A stretch of DNA of 64,000 nt from Paraphysomonas bandaiensis (GCA_965644295.1 CBFFRP010000423.1:186001-250000), one strand, 5' to 3'; shown: positions 12,827 to 26,639, numbered from the stretch's first letter. Numbers and translations are program-made. The notes: generated by a model from the sequence alone, not told the origin.

Positions 12827-13672
12827 TAAGTGTCAGAACTATTGTAGCATTATTGCAATGTATGTAGTGCTTAACCTCTGATATCCTACTATTTAACGCT
12901 ACGAAAGCTGCTTGTGCGTCACAGCAAGCGCCATGGTGCACCCACTTTTGCTCTATATCACTCAAAGCAAACGCAGTGAGCAAGCCGAACATTTGTATAT
13001 ATACCTAACATCTGCTGACTTCAGGACTTTTGAGTCCTCAAGGTGAACAGACCGAATGCTTGACTTCAGCGCAGGCAGCCCAAAACACCGGTTACCCTTC
13101 CGGTGGGCCCAAGAGGACGTCTACACCCTCAACAAAGTCGGAATCGCACCTTTTCGTGGTGTTCTGGGGGATAAGGGATAAGTACCGGAGATATTTCTCT
13201 GGGAAACTAACATGAGCGGCATATGTAGTCAGCAGATATACTCATATTATAGCCAAATGATTGTGTGATACAAAGGACACAAAAATAAGTTTCACTTGTG
13301 TAGACGTCTTTGGGCCGTGGCATCCGGGAATGGGCCCACCTCAAGGGAAACCGGGGTATTGGGCTGCCTACTGAAGTCAAGCATCCGGGATGTTTACCTT
13401 AAAAGGACAGAGAGCGGAAGTGGTCGCGCCATGGTGCTTGCTTTGACGCACAAGCAACTTTCGTAGTACCAAATAGTAGGATATCAGAGTTAAGCACTAA
13501 CTAGTTCGGTAAATTGCAATGCTACATTATTTCTGACACTTACCAGTGTCCCTTCTACTACACAAGCATTTGGCTATGAGTATATCTGCTGACTATATAT
13601 ATTATGTCGCTCATTTTAGTTTCTTATTCCCCAGATCACCACAAAAAGGTGCGATTCCGACTCTGTTGAGGG
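12827..13672. mobile_element. Composite non-autonomous element: long-TIR unit 13126-13672 abutting an inverted copy of its own interior (12827-13126)
   Basis: 13126-13281 is the reverse complement of 13545-13672; 12827-12947 of 13418-13542; 13039-13126 of 13298-13401. A further partial copy lies at 52821-53118. Confidence 0.75.
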
Positions 13673-14335
13673 ATCAGGAGTGAAATGCTTGTTACGGTTT
13701 GTCATTACATGTTATGGGACAGACCTACTTTTGAATCAAGTATATTTTTGCTCACATTTGATAGCAAGCTCAAATAAACTTCAAACCTATGCGACATACC
13801 TCAGGTGATGCATCCATACACCCAGCAATTGCAAAGTAGGAGACCTACTATTACCAAAGTAGCTGACTACAGTCTCTGTAAGAAGGTAATAATTTGACGG
13901 ATCCACTACATAAAATTGATATACTGATGTTGAATTTGTGCTAACTTTTATTCTGATTTCATAGTAGAGCTTGGTTATTGCGTTTAGCTACTACTGTGTG
14001 AACAGTCTCAATGCAGAGAACGCACCAATCTAATAGTTGATGTAATGAATATTATTGTTCCTGCGTTGTTTGCGCACATAAAGTTTCAATAACCATGTAA
14101 TAATAATGATTAGATGATGTTATCCTATTAAACATCGTACACACTTAGTCAACATCGTCAGTGTTGAACTCAACAATCAGGTTACACTTTCTCAAACATT
14201 CAGAGCAGAGATCAGGGCTATCATCAATAGTTTTTCTCATACTATCAATGGGAAAAACGACACTCGGACATATACGTTGTGTAAATATCCACGAAAGGCT
14301 CAAAACTCGGCTACACAAATACAACTCTAATAAAC

Positions 14336-16513
14336 CTATACAAGAGAAGGCAAAACTAATCGCTTGCTACGTTTTTCTCCTGAAGCTTGCTCTGAAAAAA
14401 CATTGCTTCCACATGTGTTAGGGGAAGGCGAGGGTAAATCAGCCGCAGCTGAAGCGCTTCTCTCCAGTAAATCTGTAATGACATTAGTTCGACTTCCTCG
14501 ACCACGTCTCCTTGACACATCGGTAATTTTGTCCGCTTCAGACTGGGAAAGCTGTTTACGTATTTGGTTCAGTGCCCGCACACTGCTGGGAGCACTCCCA
14601 TTCCGTTTCCCTTCTTCATTTCCGTTACCGTCCATACTATCCTCCGGCATCTCCCGACCTTCTTTCCGTGCAAGGGCTTTCATTTTTAGTAGTGTACGTC
14701 GTGCAGCTTTCTCATCCATCATGCGCTGACACTCGTTGGCCGTTGCTTGTGCTGCACTAAGCTCTGTTCTCATTTCATTAATACGTCGCTCGGCCTCTGC
14801 TACTTCCTGTCGGAGCTCAGAGATAGTATACTTATCGTCCTCCGCTTCGTCTCGGAGGTCGTCAATAATTCGTTCCAACACAGATATTCGATCCTTCAAT
14901 CTGTCACAAGTGCATTCTGCCTGACGAGTTCGTTCCTTTTCGATATCCACAAATCTACGGAGCTCAGTCACACGCAGAGCCTCAGCATCCAATGCTTCCG
15001 TCGCACGCCTTAAAGCCGATACAGACTCGCTCTTGTACTCACTGAACTCGGCCAAAGCTTCTTCTAGTTTTTGCGATGCCTTGTCTTTCTCTCGTACCGA
15101 AGCTTCTGCCTGACTCTTCATTTCATTCAGTCTATTGTTGAGATCCTGACGGTGTAAAAGTAGTTAGATCTGTTTCTCAAAGAGAGATGAACGACGACAT
15201 ATCTGTACCTCCTGACCGCGAATAAGGTTGTCGATGGACCTCTTCAAGTTTGATCTTTCCCCACGAAGCTCATCTATCTCCCTCTGGTACTGGGTTTGTT
15301 CTGCTATCAGCTGGTTCTTCATACCACTGTATTGCAACTCCACCTTCTTTTTTTCTTCCAGTAGGGTGGTTGTATTTTTTGTTGATGTGTCAAGTAGCCG
15401 CTGGAGCTTCAAGCACCGCTGCTCAAAATTTGCAGAGGACTTCTTTCGAGCCTCGGCAGTTCTAGTCATCTCATCCAAGAGCTCCCTAGTATCTTCCAGA
15501 TCTGCAATCGCAATTCTATAGTCCTTACGTAGATCAATTTCTTTTTTGGTCTACAAAGGAATATTATGACGCGGATAACAACCTCAACGACACAAGAAAA
15601 CACGCACCACTTCATCGAGCTTCTCACTAAGATCCTTCATACATTCCTGGTTGTTGCTTTGAACTTTATTTGCCATATTGAGTTCCCCAGACAGTTGGGA
15701 ATTTTCCGCCAAAGCTTCCTTTAGTTGGGTCTTTATTGTTGAAGTTTCACTACACATCTTTTCCAGACGGGTTGCCTCGTGTTTATACTGCTGATTCTTA
15801 GCGAACAACTCTTCGTTACGGGTTTTTAACTCGTCGTTCTTCGCTTTGAGATCTTTCAATTCCGAAAAGAGAACTCTTTTCTATTTAGACAATCAGCCAA
15901 TGGAAATTTCACGACAGTCACTCAGCATTACCTCCGCATTATGCTTTGCATCTTTACCGCTCAGAAATTGCTCTAATTGTTCAATCCTTGCTGCTTTAGT
16001 AGCAATTTCCAACTGCATTTTTTCCTTGCTCTTTTCTGCCTCCTCTCGTACGTTAGTTAATTTCGTTTGAAACTGATGCAATTTAGCGCTATCATGGTGA
16101 ACTATCTCGACGCTACCCCCACAACTATTGCACGGAATCACGTTAAGAGAAGTCTCATTAGGGGAAGCTAGCATCAAATGCTCCGACAAATCAATACTGG
16201 GGATATTTTTAGTCCACTGGTCAATAAAGATACCTCTCTTGTCAGCTGGAAAAAAGTCTTCTATCGCCTGCTTAAGAGCAACAACATCTCGAAGATATGC
16301 ATTCCTAATTTCTTGTATCACCTTTCCCCTCCGATTCAATCGATCTAAATATACATCCACTGATGCCTCCTTACGAGGTTTCTCATCCTCAGGTATCATA
16401 TCCGCATAATCATATTCTTCCATAAAACTACGCAAGTTTCGAAAGGGTTTAAAGCATGGCTTCAGTGTAGGGGTAGGGGGAGATGGGAATAGCTCGACGA
16501 CATCCATATTCAC
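14336..16513 (-). CDS. Long coiled-coil protein of unknown function with a CxxC motif; multi-exon
   Basis: Four collinear minus-strand E/K/R/L-rich heptad ORFs separated by short GT-AG introns; CNSCGG motif. Confidence 0.75.
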
Positions 16514-16880
16514 ACCTATATGTAATATATCACTTATAAAGTAGAATTATCTTAATGTTTTTAGTGTGTACGTTATGTTGTTATATGTTGTGCTATCTAT
16601 AGAGTATTGTATGCAGTATATTACATGTGTATATATAGTAACGTGAAGATGAAGTAGCTCTACAACACGATACATATGGTACCATACATATGAAGTATAT
16701 CATGTATCTGTATATATGTTATATGGTTACCTGTTATATATACAAACTAGTTATATACTACATGCTACTACATAAATACAATACAAATATAAGTACCTCC
16801 TTATACGTTATATGGTTACACTACGATCGTAGTTATATATATATGTGTATATGATATATGGGTATTTGTTATATATATGA

Positions 16881-17120
16881 ACTAGATATACACTATACGA
16901 TACTATGCATATATGTGTGTAGGTGTGTATATGTGTGTGTGGTTACCTGATCTAGATATACACTGCAGTGATACTATACATATATGTGTGTGTAGGTGTG
17001 TATGTGTATATGTGTGTGTGGTGATACATATATACACTGCAGTGATACTATACATATATATGTGTAGGTGTATATGTGTGTGGTTACCTGATCTAGATAT
17101 ACACTGCTGTGATATAGATA
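16881..17120. repeat. Minisatellite, about 4 units of ~60-70 bp
   Basis: Repeats of GTGGTTACCTGATCTAGATATACACTGCAGTGATACTATACATATATGTGTGTAGGTG. Confidence 0.8.
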
Positions 17121-18471
17121 TGTATATATCTGCGTGTTATTCTCTGATGTTTGCAAGTTTCATTTGATCATATTACATCATAACGAGTAAATATCACTGG
17201 TAATATCTGTGTGATATGTTCGTGTTACTATACATATACATACATATATGTGTATCTATAGGGTGTTATATATACATATATAGGCAGATATACGTATAGC
17301 TACACTCATATATATATATACGTACGTGGGTATATTCTAGTGCTATCACCGTACAGTGTGTCCGTAATATTTCCCTCATATTCGTACGCACATTTATATA
17401 TCCGTAATTCACATGTAACCCGTTTGTTATATTCCAAAAAATACGTAGCCTGTACATAAAAGTCCAGTTTTAATGTAGCCCGTTATTATATATACTAACT
17501 TGCATCTCCATGCATTGTACAACAATGTCCATACACTTGCACTTAACAGCACCATATTCTATTACGAATGTATCATGCAATGCACCATGCACCATATATT
17601 ATGCATCATACAGCTTGATATGTTGCAAAACAATGTACACCATATGGATATATAGCAGCTATTACTGTATATATGCAGCAGTGTACATACGAATACACCG
17701 CTTTGGTTTCATCACCACCACAATACCATTATCACAATATAAGAGTAACTTCTAATCATTAAAATAGCCTCACTCTGAGCATTGTTTAAAAGAATTGATG
17801 AGATAAGAACTGTGCTCATATGTGACACACAGACATGTGTCCACATTGAAAAATGTCGTCTCAGTTCACGTATAGACCGTGCATATCAAGAGATATGCTC
17901 ATATATACTGCTTCTATAGAAAATACAGATGCTAATGACTGGTAGTTCTCTACAAAAGTAGTGTATATGAATTATTTTGTGTTCGAATAATCATAAAGGC
18001 TTTTTTATTTCCTATGCGGAATTTCCTACTTTCATGCCTTCTGTAGGACGGACACTAACATAGACTCGGGTATGGAGAGGTATAGAACTCAGTACAAGGT
18101 CGTTCTATGAAGTAATGTTTTCGTGTGGGGCATACATACCTAACCGATTCTAGCTAATGTCAGCTGCTCAACAATGTTGTGTAATCGTGAGTTTGTGGTA
18201 ATTTAAATTCCCTTTGGGAGCAGACAACATATATGGAATTGTAGTCGACTTCCAGGTATAATACTAACTGGCAAAGTAACTATAATCGCCCATACCTACG
18301 CTACAGTTGATATAATAAAGTAGAACCTCGTTATTATTCCGTATAACAGAGGTTGTCACCTTATAATACGATTGAACCGCATGGTGATGACAGCATGATA
18401 TTATCTAGCATTAACATAGAATAGACCCAGGGCAGCTCGCGATACAGAAGTTTCTCGTCGAGTTACCCTGG

Positions 18472-20249
18472 CTACAGAAGTGCGCGAAGCTGACTCTTAG
18501 GAATAGCAGGCCTATCATGCTCTCTACCTTTGGGTACCTTGTAGAAGTCCCCAGTATCCTCGACAATACGGTCATACCACTGTTGCTGATACGGCAGACT
18601 GTTGGTCTCACACCCACACACAGGCACATGAGGAGCAGGAGTTGTCACATATCCATCACGGAATTTTACGAACAGTTTCCCAAAAAATGTAAACCAGTCC
18701 TTTAGAAGTTCTTGTCCTAGGTTTTCTGAAAATGATGTCATCATCTCGATGGCTTCGTCGACTCTACCCGACTGGATCACATCAACAACTTTAGCATCCA
18801 TCTCTTCAACTAGAGCGAAGTAAGTATTCTCTTTAGCAATAATCTCACTGTAAACATCAGCATAGATAGCATCCCATCGCGAGTATGCAAAGTTCGAAAC
18901 AAGATTGAAGACGTAAAATGCACTATCCAAAGAGAACTCCATCATGGGTGGGGTAACACCATCTTGCGGCCCCTTACCGGCCCATCCAGGCGCAATCCGA
19001 GTGACAGATCCATAAACAGGGAAATGCACAGAAGTTGAAGAATCATCAATCCCGTACCACATCAAGGCGGCCATCTGTCTAGGAACACCAGGCCGGGACT
19101 GACACACAATGTTCCACCCCGTCGGAGGTTGAGCAATAGTGCGCTCATTGAAATATTTGTTTCCGGGGTACGAGGGGGTTGTCCACGTGACAGGCGAGAG
19201 TCTATTGGGATATGAAAATGCACCAGCTCCAACATCCGAGAAGAGCTTTCCTGTGGTGTCCAGTGCAGTGCCTTCATAGTGATTACGCATACTCTGCATT
19301 ACATCAGCAACGCTGAGTGGTTTGGAGGGTTTAACCCACAATGGCATGCGGTTGGTCAAGTTGTATCCTTGTGCGTAGTCCAGGTACTGATTACTCCATT
19401 CCTCTCCCATGACTGTGGAGAAAAATGACCACACTCTCGCCTACACGCACAAGGTCAAGTTGATAGTTGAAAAGTATGTTAAATTACCTCACAAAACCTT
19501 GCCCCCGAAAATGTCACGGGGTCATATATGTCGGAGAATGAGAAATCTTTATCTTCACCCGTATAAAGTCCAATACTTCGGGCAAACGATATAACATCCG
19601 AACTATATATGCAATTCTCAGGATCATCAAGTGGAAAAGTTGTGATACGTGCTTGATTAGCATGACCAGTAACATAACCATCTGGTACTTTACGGGCTAC
19701 CCATACAGCCCCCTTTTCATATCTTCCCTTTCCTATTAGTTCCATATACCATAATTCATTTTGATCTGCAATAGAAAAACTTTCACCAGTAGAAGCATAT
19801 CCATATTCAGATACTAGTTTAGTCATAGTACTAATAGCTTCACGTGCATTACGTGATCTTTGTAATGTTATATATATTAAGGAACCATAGTCTATACGAC
19901 CCTCATTATGTGTACATGTTAATTCTATTAATCCACCAAATGTACTCTCTGTAATGATTAGACCATATTCATTTACATTCCCTACAACGTTATATGTAAC
20001 CTCTGCTTCAGGTATTTCACCTAAGTATGTACCATAATCCCATGTCCATATCTTACGCATTGTATCATTTGAATGTATGGATGCTGGGTAATGATAGATA
20101 GTTGTATAGAAATTAGCAGCATCAGCATTATATGCGATAGTGTTAGAGTGGTCTGTTGTAATGGACTTAGTATATAGGAGGTTAGTACATGCGTGTATAG
20201 AGTAAGAGAGTGTGAATAGAATGTATGTAGAAAAGAAGTGAAAGTACAT
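18472..20249 (-). CDS. Peptidase family C69 (dipeptidase A/secernin-like Ntn hydrolase) with signal peptide; 2 exons
   Basis: MYFHFFSTYILFTLSYSIHA/CTN places the Cys nucleophile right after the signal peptide; motifs VNEYGLIITESTFGG, GYASTGESFSIAD, HANQARI, ARFCE, MRNHYEGT, NERTIA. Confidence 0.9.
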
Positions 20250-20318
20250 TGTAGAGAAGATGAAGTGAGGTGAAGTGAGAAACTGGAGGAGATGAAGTGA
20301 TATAGAGGAGAAATGAAT

Positions 20319-20319
20319 G

Positions 20320-20351
<32 letters not shown>

Positions 20352-20665
20352 TGTATGTATGTATGTATGTATGTATGTATGTATGTATGTATGTATGTAT
20401 GTATGTATGTATGTATGTATGTATGTATGTATGTATGTATGTATGTATGTATGTATGTATGTATGTATGTATGTATGTATGTATGTATGTATGTATGTAT
20501 GTATGTATGTATGTATGTATGTATGTATGTATGTATGTATGTATGTATGTATGTATGTATGTATGTATGTATGTATGTATGTATGTATGTATGTATGTAT
20601 GTATGTATGTATGTATGTATGTATGTATGTATGTATGTATGTATGTATGTATGTATGTATGTATG
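20319..20665. repeat. (TATG)n microsatellite, ~345 bp, essentially perfect
   Basis: Directly visible; produces the spurious HTYI/MYVC ORFs. Confidence 0.98.
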
Positions 20666-21057
20666 CACTGCTCTGTGCACTCTCTATACGTGTACAAACT
20701 GTCATGTGTGGATGTACGTATGAAGTGGTGTGGTAGTGTGTGCGTACTCATAGTGGTATTTGTATGGTATGGTGGCCATATATGGCTCATGGTTATCACA
20801 TATGTCCAGACACTATCCTCTCACTGCACCTCTTCATATTTACCCACCTAAATACCTTCTATTACCACTCCTTATCACCACAAATAGAGGAGATTACACT
20901 GCTATTATTTATATATATAGAATGCACTGTATACAGTCACTAGATATATAGATGCATAGTAACACACACACACACACATACATACATACATATATCTATC
21001 TATCTAGTCAACTAATTTTATCATATTACTAATAATTTAATCTCATATATATATACG

Positions 21058-21996
21058 ATGATTGGTATGCCTTATATGAAAGAGATGGCAGATCGTCTAA
21101 CTGTTGCATTATCTGATAAGAGACCTGCAATATACAGTTCATATTTCTTTAAAATGCTGGTAAATATAAGTGATTTATTATAATAATTTATAATATAATT
21201 TAATTGTTTGAAGATGGTAATTGATGGGGTTGGTTTGGGTATTATTGCTGGGTGTACTACGTTTGAAGGTTTTGACGATTGGGATGATCCTCTTGGTTCT
21301 TACTTTCATGATAACATTCGTAGCATTTTCTTCTGGTTGGTGGGGCTAAATCTAGCTGTGGGTGGCCTCTTGCTGTTGATTATCAATACTGCAGCATTCG
21401 AGTCACTTCCTGCTATGGAACACCTGGGCATGGCGATGCTCACTTTTGCTCCCTTTGTGAATGTTTGTGCCTGGTTACTGCTTGATACCCACGACCCTTG
21501 GTTAGTATATAATAAGCAACAGATAGCTACTGAGGTCATTGAATTCATTGGCATGGGTTTGCTGGACTTGTCTTACTTTACGGAGAATCACGTTGTGGAG
21601 TGTCTGGTGGAGCTTTGCGGATATGTTGTGCTTAGTATGGCTGCGATGTTGGACATCGTGTTCTTACCGAACTCGGGTGGTGTTCCTCTTATACAAGTAA
21701 GGCAAGAGTATTATCACAGTAGTGATGTGTTTGGACTTTTTCTGTTGGCTATTGTGTCCATCGGAAAGTTCTACATTTCTCATCAAGCAGAATCACTGAA
21801 AATTATAAAGACTCCAAAGTCTATCCCATATGTAGGAGATTCTCTCGGACCACAAGATGTAGAGAGGGATTCGGAAGCTGTAGGATTACCAGTTAGAAAG
21901 CGGTCCAAAGCTGGGGATGAAATGATGACTTCCCCAGGACTGTTTAGTAGTAGCACAGATGAGGTATACGCCAGTATAAAAGACCTCAAGGTATAG
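21058..21996 (+). CDS. Uncharacterised multi-pass membrane protein; 2 exons
   Basis: ATG at 21058, in-frame intron 21160-21213, about six hydrophobic segments and a polar C-terminal tail. Confidence 0.7.
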
Positions 21997-23163
21997 GTTA
22001 GTATGATATGACCACAATGGATGTTGCTGTATATTGTATTAGTGTAGCAGCGTGTGTAATCTTCACAGTTTTTGATACTTTCATTAAGTTATATTCGTAT
22101 AGTGAGGCAGCGAAATCTGTACATCAATATTATGAAAACCTGTCCCTTAATATCATATCTTATTTACTAACAGTTTCTATCTGCGCAATACAAAGACAGA
22201 AATATCACACCTTCTTTTAGTTGTGGATTGTTAATGTATGTTTTGCGTGTTGTAACAGAATTTTATGTATATGCGCCTGGGTAGTACAACGTATTGTTAA
22301 CTTGTTTAGTACGATGTAAATCACAATATTAGGTTGATCTACTTTACGAAACTGTTACACTTACACTATTTTGACTTTTGACTAAGTTGAACAGTACATT
22401 CTGGGCATAACAAACAATAATTATAGCTATCTCTTATAATTATAGCTATGATGGCTCAGAGGATGAGTATGAGGAAACTTTTACATACACATGCATGCGT
22501 TTGCTGCAAATTAACGACAAATCTTGATATATGCTAAATTTCACCTAATCTTATAGTTCATTACAGTACACCATCTAGTTCTCATTATTGCTTGCGCATG
22601 TAACAGAAAAGCAATAACTGTACCCCAATGAATGAACTGATTATTACTCAACAGACCAATAGTACTCCAGCTACACACTCTACTACTCTAGTCTCTAGTA
22701 CCAATACTTATTACCTGACACTAGCCGGGAGTCTCTGGAGCTTAAAGCCATTTCTGATACATTATTTCTCTTTTTACCACGACTGAGAGCATTGCTCAGT
22801 AAGTCGAGCATATCCACTACCTCACCTGCATGGTCTTCTTTTTCCATTTCAAACACGGTTTCATGCTGTAAATCAGCACATGAATCAACGACGTACTCGG
22901 ACTGAACTTTCACTGCGCATTTCAAATGCTTTTCTCCCCTCCAATACTAATAGGCATACTGCTTGCTTGCGTCGTCTTCAATAACCTCGAGACATACACT
23001 CTCCGCTTTTCTACAGGTCACGGGAACCCACTTGTCACGCTCATTTTGTCGATAATGAGGCATAAACCTTCACAATAGCTCTCCCGCATAGTGATGAAGC
23101 TTGCAATACGAACTCACAGTTAATAATGGCACGATTCACAGTGTATTCGCTCTCTCAAATTCC

Positions 23164-23334
23164 TTCTGTGGGAATAAGTCGATCCAGCGGAATATGTCGA
23201 TCCAGCAAAAAAATCGACCTTTTTTCGTTATTTCTCTGAAATATATTCGTCAAAAAACAGCATGCATCAAAAAAACCTGGATTTTTTTGCTGGATCGACA
23301 TATTCTGCTGGATCTTATATTCCCACACACAGAA
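23164..23334. mobile_element. MITE with ~50-bp terminal inverted repeats
   Basis: TGTGGGAATA..GATCCAGCGGAATATGTCGATCCAGCAAAAAAATC is mirrored by GATTTTTTTGCTGGATCGACATATTCTGCTGGATC..TATTCCCACA. Confidence 0.75.
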
Positions 23335-23818
23335 TTGTTGCCTTATTGGAATTCCAAGACATCACTATCTAAGTGCGTGGCATTCGCTACTTCAAAATTG
23401 AAGTTGCGGTTTCTGCAGCACGACATCAAGATTTCAGCTGGATGATGGTATCTTGTTCCCTCAAACCATCCCTATCTGCTTCTTGGAGTTCCAAAACGCT
23501 GTTCACATACCAGTGCCTGCCCATACTTCAATGTTCTGTTCGACGTCACACTTTAGTCAGCCGCATTTGCGATTACTACACAATCACAACTTCACTGCAA
23601 TCAAGTCAGAGTTATCATCACGACTAAGATTCGTGTCCTCACAGTGAGTGTTGCCTGGAGTGACACTTCTTTATTGGCATGCTCCATTTCTGATTGGCTT
23701 CTGCGGTATATTTTTTTGGACAAGACGATGAAAAACGACGCTTTTGTTCTCGTTAGCGCGAAGGGCATCCCAGTAGAGCTCATAGAACTCCCATCCATAC
23801 ACTCGTATCCAGAATATA

Positions 23819-23880
23819 CTCCAGAGCGCAAGTAAAACTCCCTTGCCTGACAATCCTGGAGTTTTACTTGCGCTCTGGAG
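23819..23880. repeat. Perfect 23-bp inverted repeat with a 16-nt loop
   Basis: CTCCAGAGCGCAAGTAAAACTCC / GGAGTTTTACTTGCGCTCTGGAG. Confidence 0.9.
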
Positions 23881-24280
23881 CTTGAGGAAGATTTTACTCC
23901 CTTGCCTGACGATCCTGCAGAGTGTTCGATCATGGAAGACCGCAGTCCTGATCCCTTCTATCAGACATTGCATGCTCTTACTTGTCCAGATACACTGGAT
24001 GAAATGATTCGTTACTAATATTCGCCGCAAGGGAATGGATACTTTAAACGAGCAGCAGCATGTGGCAGCTCGAACAGCCGAACTGGAGACATCACGGTAT
24101 CATGACCAGCTCACTGAAACCAATTCATTTCCGTCGGCTGACTTAACACTGCTTCCTGCATCGTTTGTTTCTACTTATTTAGTAATATTTTTTGCTATCT
24201 GTTCCTTAGTCTTAGTTTGTTTCATTTTTACCATTAACTAACATTCGATACAACGTAACTTTTACTTACATAACCTTTCG

Positions 24281-24372
24281 ACACTTAGTAACACTTACTT
24301 CTATTCACACTTAGTAACAACTTAGTAACACTTACTTAGTAACACTTACTTCTATTCACACTTAGTAACAAC
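24281..24372. repeat. Short tandem repeat built on ACACTTAGTAAC / ACTTCTATTC units
   Basis: Directly visible. Confidence 0.8.
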
Positions 24373-24429
24373 TTTTTTTTTATTTTTAATTAGTTAAGGG
24401 TAGTGGGTTTGCTTATCAAGAAAGTGACC

Positions 24430-24602
24430 TTGGATCTTATAATGACAAGTACTAAAACTGGAAACTTCGGATGTGTTTACTTACTGATTAGTCGCACTAA
24501 TTTATTGCAATAGTATTGTAGGGCCGGTTTAAAAACTCCATCAATACTATTGATGGAACGCTATCTAACAATAGTATTGCAATATATATTTCCCTATCCC
24601 TG
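24430..24602 (-). mobile_element. One-ended hAT-type element fragment
   Basis: Reverse complement of 40545-40745; terminus related to the TIR of the 36399-36472 MITE. Confidence 0.7.
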
Positions 24603-24919
24603 AAGTATAACATAGTACGCGATTTCTATCACTGGTTGTGAACTGTGAACTAAATTCTGGCAAAAAAATCATGTTTACTTTACTATATATTATGATCGGA
24701 CAGCCCCCAGGCGTCATAAAAACCAACACTCATCAGATAATAACTCCTCTAATAAACAATTGCAACAGTATTCAATCGTCGATATATGCATAATATATAT
24801 TGACATGACAGCAGTGAGAAACAATATAATATACTTTAGCAAAACAATAGTCTATACCACACATGGAATATATATTTAAAGACAGTACAGTCTAAATAGT
24901 CCACGTATTAGAAGAATAT

Positions 24920-26110
24920 TTAAGGAAAAACGAAAGATTTGTCTTTCTTACGTGGCCCTCCGATAGTGAAGTCAACAACTCCTGTCATTCTAGGTGTTTC
25001 ATTTACATTTTTTCTGGGACTAGTGGCCTCAGGTTCACGTAAACTTCCATTACTATAGCGCCGAATATGATGTTCTACCAATTTTGGTGGGGGAACACAA
25101 TCTTCATTGACCACTCCACAAGACTCTTGTACTATATCCATACTATCCTACACAATTTGTCACTCAAAAAGAAAATTTCGGTGTAAAACTACCTCCTCCA
25201 AACTTGACACTTCCATTAGAGGTTCAAGTGTGGAACTTCCAGAAAAACTGTCCGTGGTAAATGAAATATCCGAAAGACAGTCAACATGTGCACCTGCTCC
25301 GACATCAGTTGTAGCCACAGGAGAACTAATAAATAACGTCCGGTGAGCGGTATCACATCCGTGCTTTGGACTAATCATCGCATCTAGTGACCGTATAGTT
25401 GGCAGGCGGGTGTCGCTTAACGTATTCTTCCTTCTAGATGAAGAGTTCCTTTTCTGGATAGGACTACATGCTTTTGGTGAGAGTGAAACTTTGCTATTTA
25501 AGCACACTTCTGATTGCTTTTCCACATTTTCGAGCATACCACCACAACCGAAGTGACTTTCTCTTGTGACCATTCGTTTCGTTGTATCTACACTGTGAAT
25601 TTCCGTGGCAGGGAGATCACATATATACCCAGTATAATGCTCTCGCGACCCATGTGTATCTGATACAGAAGTGATCTTCGTATTAACGAAACTGTCTAAC
25701 TTCTGGATATCAATTCTTCGTGAGATAGCAGAGGCAGATAGACATTCTAGAAAGTAGTCAAACGTAATATCCGCATCATTCTCTTTCATATTGAATATCA
25801 GGAATACATCGTTTCTACAACATACAATTCCTGAATGAAGGAATAATTCAATAATTGATTTAAATTTAATTGTTTTCATTGAATAATTATGCATAATAAA
25901 CCACTTATAATACTGATATATCTGTATGTCTGTAAATATCATATGATCATATCTATGTGATATATGATATGAATGAGATGAGATCGTAGTGTTTAATGAG
26001 GGTAAAGATATGGGTGATATATGATTAGATTGTATGGATGATATCGAGTTAGATGGTTGATTTATTAGTTGAGATGATGTGTTTATGGATAGGCTCCTTA
26101 AGGGATACAT
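24920..26110 (-). CDS. Uncharacterised protein, possibly with a degenerate EF-hand; probably 2 exons
   Basis: 316-aa ORF plus a downstream exon; segment MKENDADITFDYFLECL resembles an EF-hand exit helix. Confidence 0.55.
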
Positions 26111-26258
26111 AAGGAGCCTAGTGGGGGGTAGAAGGAGTAATGGGGGATTGGAGATAAGGTAGAAGAGAAAGGGTAAGATGTTTCATATGTAATATGGTGA
26201 TGGGAGGTATTGTGAGGGGTTATGTATATGTATATGTGTATGTATCTTATGGTGATGA

Positions 26259-26405
26259 TATCGGCAGTCATCATCGTAGTTTTCGGAAATATAATGAAGC
26301 AAATTTTCTCTATATTACTGAAATAAAACTACGGCTGGTATACAGATAATTATTATCTCAATATTAGAGGCATCTTTGAACAAAAATATACAAAGGATGC
26401 CGATA
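26259..26405 (+). repeat. ~147-bp promoter-proximal dispersed element, copy 2 (intact 8-bp terminal inverted repeat)
   Basis: TATCGGCA...TGCCGATA ends; 147 bp; lies between divergent starts at 26110 and 27012. Confidence 0.9.
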
Positions 26406-26639
26406 CAATATTACAGCAGAGTGTACAGAGTGCATATGTGTGCACATGTATCTGTAGTAGTATATATACTGCTGTACACAGTCTCTATAAATTCACCAAT
26501 TTTCCCTTGCAGTTATATAAAATCAGAGTTTTTATATCTTCTATATAAAAATACCTCGATTTTTATGCAGTACTGCACACAGTCTCCACTATATTTGTGA
26601 CCGCACATTTTAGTATAGTATAATCAGTGGAGTGATATG

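Noticed and set aside
12860-12905. Resemblance of CGTTAAATAG...TTAAGCACTA to the pistol ribozyme, and of CTGA..GAAA to a hammerhead
   Set aside because: The required stems and spacing cannot be formed; only short words match.
16881-17120. Repeat-spacer-like pattern suggesting a CRISPR array
   Set aside because: The intervening sequences are related TG/TA-rich repeats rather than unique spacers, and no cas genes are present.
20021-20851. ORFs of HTYI/MYVC repeats, including the apparent N-terminal extension of the C69 peptidase
   Set aside because: Translation of the (TATG)n microsatellite; the plausible start is 20249, which gives a signal peptide directly before the catalytic Cys.
22695-24241. 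Cluster of short ORFs on both strands
   Set aside because: Multiple stops and frameshifts, a MITE insertion and no recognisable domain; probably a decayed gene or TE that I cannot identify.
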